A stretch of 55,161 bases of DNA, counting the filler, from Sphacelaria rigidula (lineage: Eukaryota), in assembly GCA_964200075.2 (NCBI GenBank). It is 6 parts of 6 records of this genome, joined end to end, with 100 filler letters (N's around TTAATTAATTAA, not from the genome) between each part and the next. Parts side by side here need not be neighbours in the genome. Positions count along the whole stretch, not along the records: positions 46,053 to 55,161 come from CAXNAA020009280.1; 5 more parts are not named here. The stretch is one strand, 5' to 3'. Shown piece after piece: positions 50,401-55,161 of this stretch. A program made the position numbers and the translations under genes. Numbering within the stretch: position 1 is the first letter of the stretch; every line of letters starts with the position of its first letter. The notes under the pieces are model-generated. The model was not told where the DNA came from. It saw only the letters and a program-made list of their open reading frames with translations, and searched no databases.

Positions 50401-52184
50401 CTACCATAATTGCGTTCATGGGATCGTGTCATGTGCCTCGACTACCTACCACTTGTAGTCCGGGAAAATTTGGCGAGGCGTGAGATCATGTTGAAACTTT
50501 GGCTACCGACTGTCGCTACCGTGCGCTCGTGTATGGTACATCCTGTAGATGTGTGTGAGCGTTGCCGGCATCCGAGATCATCGAGACAGGGGGGCAAAGA
50601 ACAGAAGCAAATATACGAACCTCGCAAAGCCCGCCAGACTTTTCGCTTTTCGTCAGTGTTTGTTGATAATTTATTTTGACAATTTCAAAAAAATTCAAAC
50701 AAACCATAAAAATCGCAAACAAATTTCTGAACAAAGTCATGACAATGTTCGAAAAATTGCCCTCCGGGAGGGGGGTGGGGGGCTGGGTGTGTGTGTCGGG
50801 GGGCTCCGTGTCCGATTATTTTCTCTCGACAGACCCTTGATCTGTCGGGAAAGAAAACAAACATTTTCAGTGAAACCGAGTTGTGGGGAAGGGGGCAGTC
50901 TATCCCACACTCCTCGTGTACGGTACCGGCGATGATTTCAGCAGGGTTGGCACGCCTCTCTATCGAGCCCCAATACGCCAGTTCCTACATTCGGCGCACT
51001 CACGAAGGGGGTGTGAAGCCGTATGCCCTCTAGGATGAGGGTTTCCTGTTGCGCAAGTGTTTAGCGGGGACCGTTCTCGAATATCCGAACTTTTGACCGT
51101 AGTCGGTCGTCGTGACCCTCGAAGTAACTCGTGCCCTCTACCACCGCCCTCGACTGCTTAATTTTGCTGTCTCGTGCACAGGCCGACGTGCAAGATTCAC
51201 TCCGTCGAGTCCGACTTGAAATGGACATGGAAGAGCGCACGGTCGGCAGTTTGTATTTTTCTTCGCGTTATATACTGTGTTTGAGGAGGGGGAACATGAG
51301 AAATATGAGCTAGATGACGTTCAGCCGACCACCACATCCGACGGAACTCCCCCAGCCACGCATGGCCCGCAGTTGCTGAGGTGCACGGGCCTCAAGACAT
51401 CGCGAAGAGGAGGGAGATGTAGACATGAAACAGGAGCGATAGTTATGAGAGTCGGTCGCGACTCTGTTTCCGCTGTCCGCTGTACCGTTATCAGCTGTAA
51501 GCAGGACCATCCGCGCAGCACTATTTATATGTTGCCTAGTTCAAATCCGTGTGCGACCATTCTGCTCATCGGTCAGGTTCTATTCCTGCATCGGTCGCGG
51601 GATTGATGTGCTGTACAACACCTCATCCGTCCGTACACCCCTCTCTGGGAGCGGCTGCCGGCAACATATTCCGGAATAATATTGAAACAGGTGTCGAATA
51701 CCGGAATAATAGTGAAACAGGTGCCAAATATCAGGCCTCACATTTGCCGCCCGGTTTCTTGTTTCAGTAGACGAGACTGCCGCCAGGTGGGATTACAGCA
51801 ACACATACAGCGAGTCTGCCTCGGCTAAACAAAGGGACGAGAAGCAAGACTGTCAACCTCCTGCTAAAAAAATGTGGCGTTCGAAAGCTTTCATCGCCAT
51901 ATATTTCTGGTTTGAAGATGTATATCTGAAGAGTCGAACCATGACACTGTCAAGCCTCAGCGCGAGGGAACGCTATCTTGGTTATGCATACTTTTTCTCC
52001 GATGCCGTTTCAACAAGGAAGTTCTCCCCGGCCAATGGTTGACAGTCGTTCGAAGCAGTGATCCGACACGGGGAACATTTTCACACCAAAGCAAAAACGC
52101 ACGGTGGTCGACCTTGCACGCCGTATCCTTTTCACCAATATTTGGTATTTTTCTGACTACATAACGCGCCGGTGGACACTCGGC

Positions 52185-52575
52185 TACACCCTGTTGGATA
52201 CCTGTCAGGGCGAACACCCTGTGGAGACCCTGTGATGACCTCGTACAGGGTATGGAACCCTGCCAGGGTCGCGTGACAGTACCTTGTCGGTACGAAAACC
52301 TTGACAGGGTTTGATGGCGATACCTTCTACGTTTGTAGACCTGGCACAGGGTAGTGTTTCACTATCTCGCACCAGGACTGACCTTGACGGGTGATATGCC
52401 ATACCCTGGGCAAGCGTTCGCCCTGGCAAGGCTATTTTTCGATACCTTGTGTTGAGGCCCACCCTGATAGGGTGATGTTTCCATATCTTGTGCAAGAACC
52501 CATTCTGGAAGGGTAATATTTCGATACCCTGGGCTAGCATCACGTTGGCAAGGAAGTGTTTCGATACTTTATACA
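52185..52575. repeat. Dense array of short ACCCTG/CAGGGT motifs in both orientations (subterminal-repeat-like)
   Basis: e.g. accctgccagggt, accttgacagggt, accctgatagggt, gataccctg, gataccttg repeated over ~400 bp. Confidence 0.6.
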
Positions 52576-53311
52576 CCATACGCACGCGGGGTTTCGCAAC
52601 AACCCACTGTAGTGCTGGTCCAGGCGAGTACGCTGCACTGTGGCTTTTTCCAGTGCATATACTGTACTCGATACAGAAGTGAACATGAGCGGTCAGCACA
52701 CTGAGGAACAAAATACTCCTGGGTAAATGGTGAGGGTAGGAATCAGACCAACGCACGAGGTATCTTGGGTTTTAGGGGGCTGATATTCCAACCAGCTACA
52801 CACGTTTGTTAAAAAATGAGCCGTGGGCATTTTCTTGGCGCGTGGTCGCGAAGGCTGGCGCCAGTGGCAGTGAGGCCAAGCGAGCAGATATGCAGCGCCA
52901 GGAGTGTAGGCAGAAGATGGTGTTAGAGGTGCTGCTCGTGGGCAAGACCGCTCAGAACAACCTACGGTGTAGAACGTGGTCGACAAAGAAGCGAGCAACA
53001 ATGAAGGGAGTTTGCTGCATACTATGTTCCACCCTAGACCGAGATATCAGAAACAGTACCGGCGATCGACTCTGGTATTCAGTAGATACACCGCTCCACT
53101 TGTCCAACAACCGCATACAAAACATCACGTTATGAAGCCTTCACTAAATTATCTCCAAAGCGTGGTTTTCTAAGAGTATTTATTGAACGCAATAACTATT
53201 TAGTACGGGACAAACGTACGAAATAGACAACACTCCCACATACATGCGAGATGTAACAATGAGAAACCTTGAAATCTTGTAACATTTATCTCGTGGAGGA
53301 TGACAGAAGCC

Positions 53312-55161
53312 TTAGGTGGGCTTAAATTCTTCCAGATGCACGGCGATCAAGTTGCGAGCGCGTTCTTTGGAGCTGGATGTGGGGATATTAACCAAGCTGT
53401 CGTATGCAGCTGGTTCTCTCCGGCGAATTTCTCCCGAGCAGCGATGGTGCGATGACAGAAGCCAGAATGCAGTGTTGGGTGCAATGCATGGGCATGCATG
53501 CATGTTGGAGGAACTCAGGTACGGTGGGCTACAACATGTTTCACGTCCCAACTGCGTCGGGGTTGAGCAAATGAGCTGGGTATACAGCACGCGCATCGCG
53601 TGACCTCCAATCGAGGCCTCTGCCGAAACGCTTTGCCCGTGTGCGATTGGTAGCATCTGCAGATTAGGCCAACCACTACCAATGTTTTCGTGATATTGAA
53701 AGTCTACGATACGATTGAGAGCAGCCTTTTCATGGCTTTCAGCGGCCGGGTGTGGCTGCACCATTAATGGACAAAACGCCTACCTCGCACATTGGTGCAA
53801 ATCCTGCCGGCAAACCTAACAACTTTTCCGTGAAATTGAGCGTCGAAAGTGCGATTGAGAGTGAGCTCTTATTCAGAATATGTCTCGCTTCGCCAATTCC
53901 AATATTGAGACAAAACGTTTACATGTGTAGCATGTTGGATCATTTCTGCCACTCGTTGCCTGAATAGAATGGCAGAATAATGTTGAAAAATGTTGCGCGC
54001 TGGCCCACAGGTCGCATTTGTGGAAAAATGCACCGTTCAAGATGTCTCCAAAGTAGTGTGAGTCGTGCGGTTCGAGTAAAAGATACGATTTAGCCAGGTT
54101 GTGCCCGAATTCATTCGCAAATGCAGTTGATGCCACCATTCGTCGTGTGGACTTGGGACTCGTGGATATCTTGAAATCACTTTTCTGTTCAAACATTTCG
54201 CCGCAGTTTCCGTCGTTGTTTTTGAAAGCGCAAGTCATCGCGTGTGATATGACTGCTGATATCCCGCCTTTTCGTGCCGAGAAAAGTCGCAAAACGTGGT
54301 GGGACCCTGGATTCTGTTCCATGATCTCACCCTCGATGGCAGCGGATCGTAACAAATTTTCTTGCACGCAGCCAATGGAGCGCCTCCCGTCCATGAGCTG
54401 CAGCAAATCGATTTTGCCAGGGACTCTCGCCAACCGCATCGAATTTCCGAAAATGCACTCAAAACATGTGCCGACGGACCCATCAAGAATAGCTCATAAT
54501 TCACCAACACGGGGAAACAAATACTGCCGCATCAGCAAAGTAGCTGCGAAACACCAGGACCACTTGGAACTGGCTAACCACAAAAAGACATCATGCTATG
54601 CTGAACAGCAATCAACGGTACAACGAACACCGGACGCTGGGTCTTGGTAGACTCCAAGATCTCCGCCCCTGCTCCAGCTCTACCCCATCCGTGCTCCCCT
54701 CCTTGAGGGACAGTACGTGGCCTACACAAATCGCTGACGCTGCGCAATTTGATGTCACGCCGAGCGTCGACACTTAGAAAAGATGCGCCTTGCACGTCTT
54801 CTGCATGATCCTGCGGAAATGATCGGTCGGGGGCAGCGTCGAAGGGTACGGGTGATCGCAAGAGTTAATGGGGCAGGTTACAGTCGATAAATCGAGCGCT
54901 TCAATACAGCTGGGCCAATTTCAACAACTTCAAATGAAATACTGGCGCAAACAGGACGTCCTTCTGTCTCGTGTGGGGATGATGCTTCCAAACGTATCCA
55001 TTTACTTGGCACGACGCGGGGATGACACCGACACATTCAACACTAGGCGGGTACTCACGATCGAAAAGACTTGGACTCATCATGCCGAGCAGCTGGGCAC
55101 TCTCGACTCCGGCGACATTAGACACGACATCCTCCAAGGCCTTGTCGAGCTCGATCGTGGC
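53312..55161 (-). pseudogene. Decayed intronless ORF of unknown family, running off the window end
   Basis: Minus-strand ORFs 54901-55137, 54574-54861, 53873-54439 and 53312-53764 are collinear and separated by only a few stops or frameshifts, covering ~1.85 kb. No family recognised. Confidence 0.45.

Noticed and set aside
53470..53600. KDZ-transposase-like motif on + strand (LGAMHGHACMLE..YGG)
   Set aside because: Only a vague resemblance with no supporting upstream catalytic motifs, and the opposite strand has the longer continuous reading.

Overview
Repeat-rich eukaryotic DNA. The intron style, Copia/LINE content and TTAGGG repeats are consistent with a stramenopile such as a brown alga, but the taxon is an inference. 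The window is not one locus: five identical 100-bp N/TTAATTAATTAA/N linkers join six pieces of 9111, 9111, 9110, 9110, 9110 and 9109 bp, i.e. size-sorted unrelated contigs. Host genes: (1) a complete six-exon Delta7-sterol C5-desaturase (9598-15606, +, 339 aa), (2) two exons of a DUF1995-family gene (33040-35990, +), (3) the 3' four exons of an SLC35A-type nucleotide-sugar transporter (39554-42400, +). The rest is decayed Ty1/Copia and LINE fragments, SINE-like pieces, fold-back MITEs and tandem repeats. The most unusual items are a 217-bp TG...CA element with 34-bp TIRs and a 5-bp TSD that carries telomere-like TTAGGG repeats, an unidentified three-copy coding-derived repeat family, and a long intronless decayed ORF next to a subterminal-repeat-like array. 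I found no demonstrably intact novel multi-gene system.
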